A DNA stretch of 64,000 nt. Origin: an uncultured Caldisericales bacterium. Its GTDB lineage: Bacteria; Caldisericota; Caldisericia; JAAYUI01. A program made the position numbers and the translations under genes. Below, piece after piece: positions 39,919-48,368 of this stretch (position 1 is the stretch's first letter; every line of letters starts with the position of its first letter). The stretch is from positions 70 to 64,069 of the forward strand of contig CAZTGD010000008.1 in assembly GCA_964613055.1 (NCBI GenBank). The letters are read 5' to 3'. The notes beneath the pieces were generated by a model. The model made no database searches. It worked only from the letters and a program-made list of their open reading frames with translations, and had not been told where the DNA came from.

Positions 39919-39952
39919 ATCCTACTGCTTTATGTAGATAAGGCAGTAGGAT
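39919..39952. terminator. perfect 10-bp inverted repeat (ATCCTACTGC…GCAGTAGGAT, 14-nt loop) in the convergent gap between ribU and ricT; candidate bidirectional terminator hairpin
   Basis: Read directly from the sequence. The flanking U-tracts are weak on both strands. Confidence 0.3.
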
Positions 39953-39977
39953 TCTTCAACAACTATCGTAAGTATAG

Positions 39978-41255
39978 CTAGTTCTTCTTTCTGTCCTTAA
40001 GGTATTTGCCTATGTCTTCTACGGTGGGAGTTTTTCTCTTGTGAGATCCCCTATGTGTATTTTTGGATTGTATTGAATCATTCCTCTTGTCATTTCTACT
40101 CGATTTGAATTTTCTTCCAGGGGGATTTCTGTTTTCAGATCTTTTACTATCCTGGGTTTTATTTATATGACTATGCTTTCCTCCGCTTTTACTGTTTCGA
40201 TGTGTTTGATTGTTCTGTTGTTTGTTCGGTTTATCGTCATTACTGAGTTGTTTTTGTGGTTTAAAGGATTTGTGTCTCGTCTTTTTATTATCGTTATCCT
40301 TTGTCGTGTTTGATATAGTTGTATCGTTTATGAGTGATATGTCTTTGAGTACGTCTATCTGATTTTCATCTTCTTTTTTCTCAGTTTCAGTTTCAACTTT
40401 TGACCAACCACTGTCACCCTTAACCATTATCTCACTTGCATGGAATGATTTTACGCTTCCATCTTCGTAGCTGACGATGACCGTTTCAGTATAGGGATTT
40501 ACCTTCTGAATGCATACTTCGTCTTCATCCACCCTGACAATATCGCCACTTTTTGGTAAGTTTTCCATCTTTTCTCGGTAATCGTTGACCTCAAACTTAA
40601 GACAACACATCAGCTTCCCACACATACCAGTGATCTTCTGGGGGTTAATGTCAAGTCCCTGTAACTTGGCATCTCTAACTGTAACAGATTGCCTGCTTGA
40701 ATAGAATGTTGAACAGCAGAGTTCTCTATTACATGGTCCGATCCCACCAAACAGCCTCGTCTCATCCCTTGCGCCTATCTGCCAAAGTTCAATTCTCATC
40801 TTCAGCTTGCTGGCCAATGTTTTCACTAACTCCCTGAAATCAACCCTGCTGTCGGCTGTGAAATAAAGCGTAGCGCGTTTCCTGTCCAAGCTATACTTGC
40901 ACACCTGAAATGACATCTTGAGTTTTAATCGCTTAGCTTCGTCGTGGGCTATTCTTCTGGCTTTAATCTCAAGATCAACGTTTTCATTGAGTTTCTGTAG
41001 ATCTGATTCAATGGCGCGCCTGACTATTTTGGTTAACTTGAGGTTTTCATCTGGCTTACTGGGGGTATAGTGTACGTAACCGATATCAACACCTTTTTCA
41101 GTCATCGCAATGATAGGGTCTCCACAACTCACATTGATGTTATTCCTCTTGAAGTGATATAGCTTATTATTTCCCCTGAATTTTACAGCAATTATATCAT
41201 CAGAGGCATCAACGTTTTTTGTAGTAGAGTTGTCTTTTGTATTCGTGTATTCCAT
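39978..41255 (-). CDS. ricT: RicT/YaaT (PSP1 C-terminal domain) protein with a long K/N/R-rich low-complexity C-terminal tail
   Basis: PSP1 domain …DLEIKARRIAHDEAKRLKLKMSFQ…RIELWQIGARDETRLFGGIGPCNRELCCSTF…GMCGKLMCCLKFE… (Cys cluster), followed by ~110 aa of basic low-complexity sequence. Conserved synteny with holB. Confidence 0.85.
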   Translation of the reverse strand: MEYTNTKDNSTTKNVDASDDIIAVKFRGNNKLYHFKRNNINVSCGDPIIAMTEKGVDIGYVHYTPSKPDENLKLTKIVRRAIESDLQKLNENVDLEIKARRIAHDEAKRLKLKMSFQVCKYSLDRKRATLYFTADSRVDFRELVKTLASKLKMRIELWQIGARDETRLFGGIGPCNRELCCSTFYSSRQSVTVRDAKLQGLDINPQKITGMCGKLMCCLKFEVNDYREKMENLPKSGDIVRVDEDEVCIQKVNPYTETVIVSYEDGSVKSFHASEIMVKGDSGWSKVETETEKKEDENQIDVLKDISLINDTTISNTTKDNDNKKTRHKSFKPQKQLSNDDKPNKQQNNQTHRNSKSGGKHSHINKTQDSKRSENRNPPGRKFKSSRNDKRNDSIQSKNTHRGSHKRKTPTVEDIGKYLKDRKKN

Positions 41256-42133
41256 AGTTTTTCCGCCTTTTGTATTTCTATCCTTATTGCATCCAATATT
41301 TTTTCATCTTCAGATGCTAGAACTGTAACTGCAGTTAATAGAATATCCGATTGCACATCAATACCATTCTTCAACAGAATTGCCTTTGAGACAATTTTAG
41401 GTAACAGATATCTGAAACCCTCATGGTTGTCAGTATTGGATATTGATTCAATAACAGCAACGGTTCTTTCATTTTTTTCTTTTGTAATAGTGGACAGTAT
41501 ATCATCGCATTTTTCTCTGTTGTCAAGCGTCCATATTAACCATTCAATATCACCTGATGACTCGTTGTATTCAGACTCTGCTCTATCTCTGCCCAATCCC
41601 TTTTCTACAATAATCGACACTGTTTTCTCTCTTGTCAAAGGTGGTAAATTAAGAATGATGCTCCTGGAGGTTATCGTATCAAGAATCGATGATGTTGTTT
41701 CAGCCAGCATTATAGTAATGGAGTCAGATACGCTATCCTCGAGTGTTTTCAGTATAGCATTCTGGGCTGGAATAGTCATTTTGTGCGCATTTTCAATGAT
41801 GTTCACTCGGTATTTTGCTTTGTAGTTTGTTTGGGATGAGTCTGTCTGTATTTTTTTGACAAGGTCAATACCAAAATCTGTCTTTGTTGATGTGTAAACC
41901 TGAACATCTGGATGAGTGTGATTCGTGATCAATTGGCAGTTTTTACAGCCGTTACAATTCTCAGGTATATCACTGGAACAGTTGACGAATTTTGCTATCG
42001 ATAATGCGAGACATAGCTTATTCCTGCTTTGGGGTCCAATTAGGATATAGCACTTACTGAGTTTCTTGGAATTAAGATGTATCTTCAGTTTATGAACAAA
42101 GTCGCCACTGTAACCAATATCCTCAATATTCAT
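41192..42133 (-). CDS. holB: DNA polymerase III subunit delta'
   Basis: AAA+ clamp-loader fold with a Zn module (CSSDIPENCNGCKNC) and a degenerate Walker A. 313 aa. Canonical position between darA and ricT. Confidence 0.85.
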   Translation of the reverse strand: MNIEDIGYSGDFVHKLKIHLNSKKLSKCYILIGPQSRNKLCLALSIAKFVNCSSDIPENCNGCKNCQLITNHTHPDVQVYTSTKTDFGIDLVKKIQTDSSQTNYKAKYRVNIIENAHKMTIPAQNAILKTLEDSVSDSITIMLAETTSSILDTITSRSIILNLPPLTREKTVSIIVEKGLGRDRAESEYNESSGDIEWLIWTLDNREKCDDILSTITKEKNERTVAVIESISNTDNHEGFRYLLPKIVSKAILLKNGIDVQSDILLTAVTVLASEDEKILDAIRIEIQKAEKLWNTRIQKTTLLQKTLMPLMI

Positions 42134-42144
42134 ATAGATAGCTC

Positions 42145-42471
42145 TTATAGCACATGATATTCATCAACATTTATAACAAAAATCTTTGCACCGCCAACGT
42201 TGACTTTTATTGGGTATGTGAGAGGAACACTTTCGAGTGGTGAAAATGGCATAGCGTTGACATATCTGTCCCTTGATACGCAACAACTCTTGAAGTGACC
42301 TATAACCTTTGGTACATGAGTGTCTTCAACACCTATCATCAATACTATACTGCTTTCCTCAAGGAATCCGCCTATACCTTTCAGCTTTGTAACCTTGTAT
42401 CCATCCTGCAATAACTGTTTGGTTATTTCAGCTGAATCTTCCTGTTGGACAACAGCTAACACTAGCTTCAT
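42145..42471 (-). CDS. darA: PII-like cyclic-di-AMP receptor DarA (YaaQ/DUF970)
   Basis: 108 aa with a PII-like fold signature (MKLVLAVVQQEDSAEITKQLLQDGYKVTKL…GGF…). Conserved tmk-yaaQ-holB-yaaT arrangement. Confidence 0.75.
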   Translation of the reverse strand: MKLVLAVVQQEDSAEITKQLLQDGYKVTKLKGIGGFLEESSIVLMIGVEDTHVPKVIGHFKSCCVSRDRYVNAMPFSPLESVPLTYPIKVNVGGAKIFVINVDEYHVL

Positions 42472-43064
42472 CTATTTCCTCCAAATCTCAAATGCCGCCA
42501 TATTGATTGCGTTACATCATCGATTGATCCAGTCGCATCAACTATCACCAAATTGGGATCCTTTGACGCCTCTTCAATAAATCCTTCCCTTACAGTCTCC
42601 TGCAACTGCAAGTGTTCAAACCTGTTCCTATTGTGCAACCTTTTCAAAGCCATGTCAACGGGAATATCCAAAATCAATGTAATATCTGGATTGATGCCCC
42701 TGATCGCATAATTATTTATATCTCTTATCATTTCAACACCAAGACCCTTGCCAATCCCCTGATACACTATAGAAGAAAGTAGATACCTGTCTGAAATAAT
42801 TACCTTGTCACTATTTAGAGCAGGTTTTATGACATTATTAATGTGTTCTGCTCTGTCTGCCGCAAACAGATATGCTTCTGTTAAGGGATTCAGTTCAGTC
42901 TCAAAGAGTATTTTTCTTATAGATTGTCCTGCGGTTGTCGCACCTGGCTCCCTAGTTAACACTGGCTCAAGACCTATTTGTTTGCATTTGTTTGCTAATA
43001 TCTTAGCTTGTGTGCTTTTTCCACATCCATCAATACCTTCGAAAGCAATGAAGTATCCGCTCAT
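42468..43064 (-). CDS. tmk: thymidylate kinase
   Basis: P-loop FEGIDGCGKST, a DRY-like motif and a lid region. 198 aa. Confidence 0.95.
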   Translation of the reverse strand: MSGYFIAFEGIDGCGKSTQAKILANKCKQIGLEPVLTREPGATTAGQSIRKILFETELNPLTEAYLFAADRAEHINNVIKPALNSDKVIISDRYLLSSIVYQGIGKGLGVEMIRDINNYAIRGINPDITLILDIPVDMALKRLHNRNRFEHLQLQETVREGFIEEASKDPNLVIVDATGSIDDVTQSIWRHLRFGGNR

Positions 43065-45778
43065 GGGTACACCGTATAGTTAATCGAATACTCTGAAAGG
43101 CGACTGCCAGATGTGCTGTAAAGCACGAATAATAAATTGAAGTTACCTTTATTTGTTGGACGCCAGACTATGGACCATGGTGGGGCTGTGGATGACCCTA
43201 TCATTACTCCATTTGCGAACATACTCACATGACCGACATTTGAATAGCCAATCACTGACGAAGATGCTCTTACTACATCACCGACTCTACATGAGTGAGA
43301 TGGTGGTGAAAGATTGACAAAGAACGCTGTATGAACTGGTTTTGGTTCGGGTTTAGGCCCAGGTTGAGGTTCTGGTGTTGGTGTAGGTTGGGGATTGGGT
43401 GTGGGTGTTGGCTCAGGTGTAGTAGTTGGTGGCTGTTCGGGTGATGTAGTGGGGGGTTTGTTATCATCGTTTCCTGGGATAGGTTTATGTGAAGAGCCAT
43501 TTGAATTGTCTGGTTTGCTACCATTATTTATTGGTTTTTCATCCGGTTTCTTGTGTAACTGGCAAACCTCTGTTGGTTGAGTGCCAAGGATGAATTTCTT
43601 TAATTGTGCTTCTGGGCAATACTCATTTGCCAGGAGTCCGGTTGTTGGACATATAACAACCTCTACATACTGAGGGTGATCTATTGGGCATTTCTCAGTA
43701 GGCTCAAATCCTTTTCTGAATCGTTCAACACGTGATGGACACGTTTTATTCGCAAGCAATCGAGTCTCTTTGCAGATCCTTTTCGATACAAAATCTGCTG
43801 GTCCGGGATCTTGCCAGTCAGATATTTTCCTTCCTACTGAAACACATTTAATAAACTCTTTCCATATCACAGCAGAATACTTAGACCCATAGTTTCTAAC
43901 ATAAGATAGGTCAACATACTTTGTGTCTGAACCTACATATACAGCCGCTGAAATCTCTGGAGTAAAACCTACAAACCACCCATCTCTGAAATCAGCGGTC
44001 GTGCCGGTCTTACCAGCGCAAGGGACTCCATAGACCCGGGCACTTTTCCCAGTGCCTCTTATTACCACACCCTTGAGAAGATCGATCATATCGTATGCTA
44101 TGCCCGGATCTAGCTGTTGTCTGGTTACGGTATTATTTTCTGCTGAATATATGGTATCTTGTTTCTTGCGATCAAATACCTCTGATATTGCCCAAGCATC
44201 AATGTGAGCTCCATAGTTGGATATTGTTTGTCCAGCAGAAGCCATTTCAATTGGCTTCATCTCAACAGAACCTAGTGCCATTGAAGGCACAGATAAGATT
44301 TCTCTTCCATTATCGCCAATACCACACATACACTTTGCATACGTTGACACGTTACCTAAACCGGCAAGCAATGAAGCCCTTATAGCGCAAATGTTACTCG
44401 ATTGCTCTACAGCCTTTCTGACTGTAATCGTACCGAAATATCCTCTAAACCATTCCCTGGGTTTCCAGTTACCCAATGTAAAGGGTCCAGAATGCAGAAG
44501 GCTGGTTGGTGTAATCTTACCAAGGTCCATAGCAGTCGAGTAAACAATCATCTTGAATGATGATCCTGGTGCTCTCAATGCGCATGTTCTGTTGAATTGA
44601 GTGTTCTTGTAATCTCGACCTCCGACCATAGCAACTATGGCACCCGAATCGACATCTATCGCTGAAAGTGCGGTTTGTGGTTGCAACACTCCAAGCTTAT
44701 CGTATTTTTCTCGTCCAAATTCGCCACGTTTCTGGGCAGAGTCAAGAACCGATGATACAGCATTATCAGCACATCTTTGATAATCCTGATTAATGGTTGT
44801 GTATATATCAAAGCCACCCCGTTGAATCTGGTCAAATGAAAGATCACATCTCAATATCAACTCTTCTTTCACGTAATCTATGAAGTAGTTAATTGAGGAT
44901 CCTGAATCAAGTGAAATCGAGTATGGTTTGAGAGTAACAACAGTGTCTGCAATTCTGTTTGCTTCGCTGTCAATTATGTAACCAACTGAAACCATCTTCT
45001 CAAGCACTGATCTCCTTTGACTTAGGGCTTTATCCATGTTCACGTAGGGATTGAAATTGCTTGGTGATGATACAATCCCTGCAAGAAGTGTAGACTCTTC
45101 AATTGTCAACTTTGACAAATCCTCTTTCCCAAAGTATTTTTTTCCCGCGGATTGAACACCGTAAGCTCCAGCTCCGAAGTAAACGATATTCAGATAGAAT
45201 TCAAGTATCTGGTCCTTTGTGTATATCCGCTCTAGTTCAGTTGCCAGTATCAGTTCATCTATCTTACGCATAAACGATCGTTTCGTAGGGTCAGAGATGT
45301 AGACATTTCTTGCTAGTTGCTGTGTGATTGTCGATCCACCCTCTTCAATTCTTCCTGCTGTTAGGTTCCTGATAGCGGCTCTGATGATTGCCTTTGCATC
45401 GTACCCGGGGTGATGATAGAACCGCTCATCCTCGGCGGCTATTATTGCCTGTTGCATATGAATGGGTATTTCTTTCAAAGGCACGTAAAGCCTGTCTTCA
45501 CCGAAATGGAACTCATGAATTAGATTTCCATTTACGTCAAAAATTCTATTGACCTCTTTGGCAAGGCTTTTTGGATTCTTGACCATTGCGGACAACACTT
45601 CAACTTGATGGATGCTTGCGATTATAGAAAAATAAGCTCCTGCTGTGGTTATAGTTATTGTCATTACAAGCAGTAAAGCTATGAAAAAGGCATGGCTTTT
45701 ACCACGTTTTCTTCTATATCTTGGGACTGATGATGGTAGTCTCATACCTTTTCGTTGAATAGAAGTTGCCTGGACCAT
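43061..45778 (-). CDS. class A penicillin-binding protein (GT51 transglycosylase + transpeptidase) with C-terminal Cys-repeat modules, a Pro/Thr-rich linker and a terminal beta domain
   Basis: GT51 motifs (…EDERFYHHPGYD…GGSTITQQLARN…), transpeptidase SxxK (PGSSFK), SxN and KTGT. The C-terminus carries two ~35-aa CxxxGxLANxxCP…EPTxxCxxH modules, a PT-rich linker and a ~100-aa terminal domain. Confidence 0.9.
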   Translation of the reverse strand: MVQATSIQRKGMRLPSSVPRYRRKRGKSHAFFIALLLVMTITITTAGAYFSIIASIHQVEVLSAMVKNPKSLAKEVNRIFDVNGNLIHEFHFGEDRLYVPLKEIPIHMQQAIIAAEDERFYHHPGYDAKAIIRAAIRNLTAGRIEEGGSTITQQLARNVYISDPTKRSFMRKIDELILATELERIYTKDQILEFYLNIVYFGAGAYGVQSAGKKYFGKEDLSKLTIEESTLLAGIVSSPSNFNPYVNMDKALSQRRSVLEKMVSVGYIIDSEANRIADTVVTLKPYSISLDSGSSINYFIDYVKEELILRCDLSFDQIQRGGFDIYTTINQDYQRCADNAVSSVLDSAQKRGEFGREKYDKLGVLQPQTALSAIDVDSGAIVAMVGGRDYKNTQFNRTCALRAPGSSFKMIVYSTAMDLGKITPTSLLHSGPFTLGNWKPREWFRGYFGTITVRKAVEQSSNICAIRASLLAGLGNVSTYAKCMCGIGDNGREILSVPSMALGSVEMKPIEMASAGQTISNYGAHIDAWAISEVFDRKKQDTIYSAENNTVTRQQLDPGIAYDMIDLLKGVVIRGTGKSARVYGVPCAGKTGTTADFRDGWFVGFTPEISAAVYVGSDTKYVDLSYVRNYGSKYSAVIWKEFIKCVSVGRKISDWQDPGPADFVSKRICKETRLLANKTCPSRVERFRKGFEPTEKCPIDHPQYVEVVICPTTGLLANEYCPEAQLKKFILGTQPTEVCQLHKKPDEKPINNGSKPDNSNGSSHKPIPGNDDNKPPTTSPEQPPTTTPEPTPTPNPQPTPTPEPQPGPKPEPKPVHTAFFVNLSPPSHSCRVGDVVRASSSVIGYSNVGHVSMFANGVMIGSSTAPPWSIVWRPTNKGNFNLLFVLYSTSGSRLSEYSINYTVYP
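43340..43470 (-). repeat. low-complexity DNA encoding the Pro/Thr/Glu-rich linker (…PPTTSPEQPPTTTPEPTPTPNPQPTPTPEPQPGPKPEPKP) of the PBP
   Basis: The plus strand is a GT-rich, degenerate short-period repeat (ggttgaggttctggtgttggtgtaggttggggattgggtgtgggtgttgg…). Confidence 0.5.
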
Positions 45779-48368
45779 TCATTTCAATCAAAACCTCTAT
45801 TGTTTCAATATCCTTATCTTCTGGTAACTGATACCTTATATGTTCGTATTTTAGACCGCTTGCAAAGTCTTCCTTGCTGAGTGTCTTCCCCAAGTCATAA
45901 TCCCAATTGCCAATCTTCCATTTTTTCACTACACGATTCTTATCAAAGGTTATTTTTATGCTGTCTATACGGTCGTCAGTAACTATAAAACTGACTGATG
46001 CCTCAATTGCCCCATCCTTTTCAGTTAAAACCAATGTGTTACCTTCTCCGCTTTGTGATTCAGATTCACCATCTATTATCTGAGTCCATATAATGTCGTC
46101 AAGCAACGGTGGGCATAGGGAAGTTTCGCAATAGTCGAGTTCGTCGTATTCATTCTGAGTCATCTTCATGTGAGTAGAAGGACACCAATTATTTACAGGT
46201 TTATAATACTCACCATCATCACCGACAACGACAGGGAATACGAGCATTGGTTCTGCATGATACTGACAGTATCTGGTTGGTTCAGTTCCTTCGATGTAAT
46301 ATTCAGTAATTCTGTCCTTTTCAGGACAGTACTCTGTTACCAGATGACCAGAATGCTTGCATATAGTGATAGCATTAACACCTTCTGGTTTGGGTGGAAA
46401 TTCTTCCTTTTCCAATGGATATTTCGAGTCCTCTAAACATTTAACCATATATCTGCCAGCCAATGGTTTGGCGACAGATGATCCCCAAGGTGTTCCAATC
46501 CAGACATTTCGGTATTCTTTATCATCCACACCAGTATATGCAATCGTAACAATGTTCGGCGTGTAGCAACAATACCAACCCGCGACCTCTTCACCTGATG
46601 TTCCAGTTTTTCCTGCAACATTAGTATCGAATCCCTTCCATCCCGATAGACCATGGTATCGGTGGACAGATTGAAAAAGGTTGGTCATTAACCAAGACAC
46701 ATCTTCATCAAGTATTCTAACCTGGTATTCTCTATGTCTGTATATCTCCCTTCCATCAGGTAGCTGAACGAACTCCACAGAGTAAGGGTCGTTTCTGATT
46801 CCGCCTGATGCGAGACAGCTATATGCACATGCCATATCGACAGCTTTAACATCCATACCTCCAACAGTCATGGATGGGTATGGTAAGACTTCTGTTGATA
46901 TCCCCATCTTGTTTGCAGTATATCCAACCTTTCTTAGACCTGCCCTTAGACCTGCTCTCATGGCGCAAACATTTGAAGAATCTATCAACGCTTGTCTAAC
47001 ACTTATTTTGCCGAAACGATCCTCACCCCATGTCCATTCACCTGGTGTATAACCTTCTACGGTGAAATCGTCCGATACTAAAATACTTCCTCCGGCAAGT
47101 GATTTATTCTCCAGTGCCGATGTGTAATCAAATATCTTGAAGGAGGATCCGGGTGGTTGGGGTACAACAACTCTGTTGTACTCACTTTCATTATAGTTTC
47201 TTCCACCCATCATGGCTAATATCTCTCCAGTTTTTGGGTTTGTAGAGACTATACTAGATTGTGGTTGATGCACTCCTTCATCGGAGACAACATCTTTACG
47301 ATAAAAATTAACCTCTTCATAAAATTCATCGATTGCTGATTCAGCATTTTGCTGGTAGCTATAATTCAGGGTAGTGTGAATCCTGAGACCACCCTCCTCG
47401 ATTACGTTTGGGTCATCAATGATATTTAACATCTCATCCTTTACGAAGTCCAAAAAGTAGTTGATATTATCTCTATACCTTATTTCAGTATACTCCCTGT
47501 CATAATCCAGCTCCTTTTCTGCATAAATCTGACGCTCTTCCTCTGTGATATATCCATTATCTTTGAGTTTTCTAAGAACATTCAGCTGATTTCTCTTTGC
47601 CCACTCTGGGTCAGTAATCGGATTGCTGATACTTGGAGATGGTAGAATACCACACAGCATTGCCGATTCAGCATAATCAAGGTCCTTTGCATTCTTACCA
47701 AAGTAATACCTAGCCGCGGCTTCCACCCCTTTCAACTGAAAACCAAAAGCTGGTTGGTTACAATATGCCTCGAGTATCTCATCCTTTGTGTACAGTTTTT
47801 CAAGCTGGTATGCGAGGTATATCTCCTTTATTTTCCTTTCAAGGTCTCGCTCTTTTTGAGCCAGATACAATTCAGAACGAGCAACCTGCTGGGTTATTGT
47901 TGAACCACCATGCATCTGACCACCTCTTGATATCTTGTAATAAACAGCTCTGAGTATACCTTTCACATCGAAACCCTTATGCATGTAGAAACGTTCATCC
48001 TCTGCCGCAATAACTGTATTTTTAAAAGCTTCGCTTATCTCAGAAAGGGGTTTATAATACCGCTCCTGCAAAAAGAATTTACCTATCAGCTTTCCATCTC
48101 TGTCAAAAACCTCAGATGCAACTGGGGGTTTTTTCTCCTTTGTAATATCAACAACTCCAATTTCCATGTCCTTGATCACCCTGAATACATAAAAGGTCAA
48201 TCCCACAACTGCGATAAGGGTTATCAATAGCAATGATCGAAAAGTGGACCAGATATTACTTGCTATTCTTTGTCTTCTTGACTTTCTTTCGAGTACTGGT
48301 TGACTTCTTTGATCCCTTTCGACTGGTCTTCTTCTTTCTAGGTTCAAACTCAAAGCCCACCTTTCCAT
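45714..48368 (-). CDS. second class A penicillin-binding protein (GT51 + transpeptidase) with one Cys module and a distinct ~200-aa C-terminal domain
   Basis: GT51 (…EDERFYMHKGFD…GGSTITQQVARS…), transpeptidase PGSSFK…KTGTS. C-terminal …ICKHSGHLVTEYCPEKDRITEYYIEGTEPTRYCQYH… is followed by a domain not recognisable by eye. Confidence 0.9.
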   Translation of the reverse strand: MERWALSLNLERRRPVERDQRSQPVLERKSRRQRIASNIWSTFRSLLLITLIAVVGLTFYVFRVIKDMEIGVVDITKEKKPPVASEVFDRDGKLIGKFFLQERYYKPLSEISEAFKNTVIAAEDERFYMHKGFDVKGILRAVYYKISRGGQMHGGSTITQQVARSELYLAQKERDLERKIKEIYLAYQLEKLYTKDEILEAYCNQPAFGFQLKGVEAAARYYFGKNAKDLDYAESAMLCGILPSPSISNPITDPEWAKRNQLNVLRKLKDNGYITEEERQIYAEKELDYDREYTEIRYRDNINYFLDFVKDEMLNIIDDPNVIEEGGLRIHTTLNYSYQQNAESAIDEFYEEVNFYRKDVVSDEGVHQPQSSIVSTNPKTGEILAMMGGRNYNESEYNRVVVPQPPGSSFKIFDYTSALENKSLAGGSILVSDDFTVEGYTPGEWTWGEDRFGKISVRQALIDSSNVCAMRAGLRAGLRKVGYTANKMGISTEVLPYPSMTVGGMDVKAVDMACAYSCLASGGIRNDPYSVEFVQLPDGREIYRHREYQVRILDEDVSWLMTNLFQSVHRYHGLSGWKGFDTNVAGKTGTSGEEVAGWYCCYTPNIVTIAYTGVDDKEYRNVWIGTPWGSSVAKPLAGRYMVKCLEDSKYPLEKEEFPPKPEGVNAITICKHSGHLVTEYCPEKDRITEYYIEGTEPTRYCQYHAEPMLVFPVVVGDDGEYYKPVNNWCPSTHMKMTQNEYDELDYCETSLCPPLLDDIIWTQIIDGESESQSGEGNTLVLTEKDGAIEASVSFIVTDDRIDSIKITFDKNRVVKKWKIGNWDYDLGKTLSKEDFASGLKYEHIRYQLPEDKDIETIEVLIEMNGPGNFYSTKRYETTIISPKI

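Noticed and set aside
43395-43580. Plus-strand ORF encoding a G/V-rich peptide (MGVGVGSGVVVGG…).
   Set aside because: It is the reverse-strand reading of the PT-linker low-complexity DNA of the PBP, a compositional artefact.
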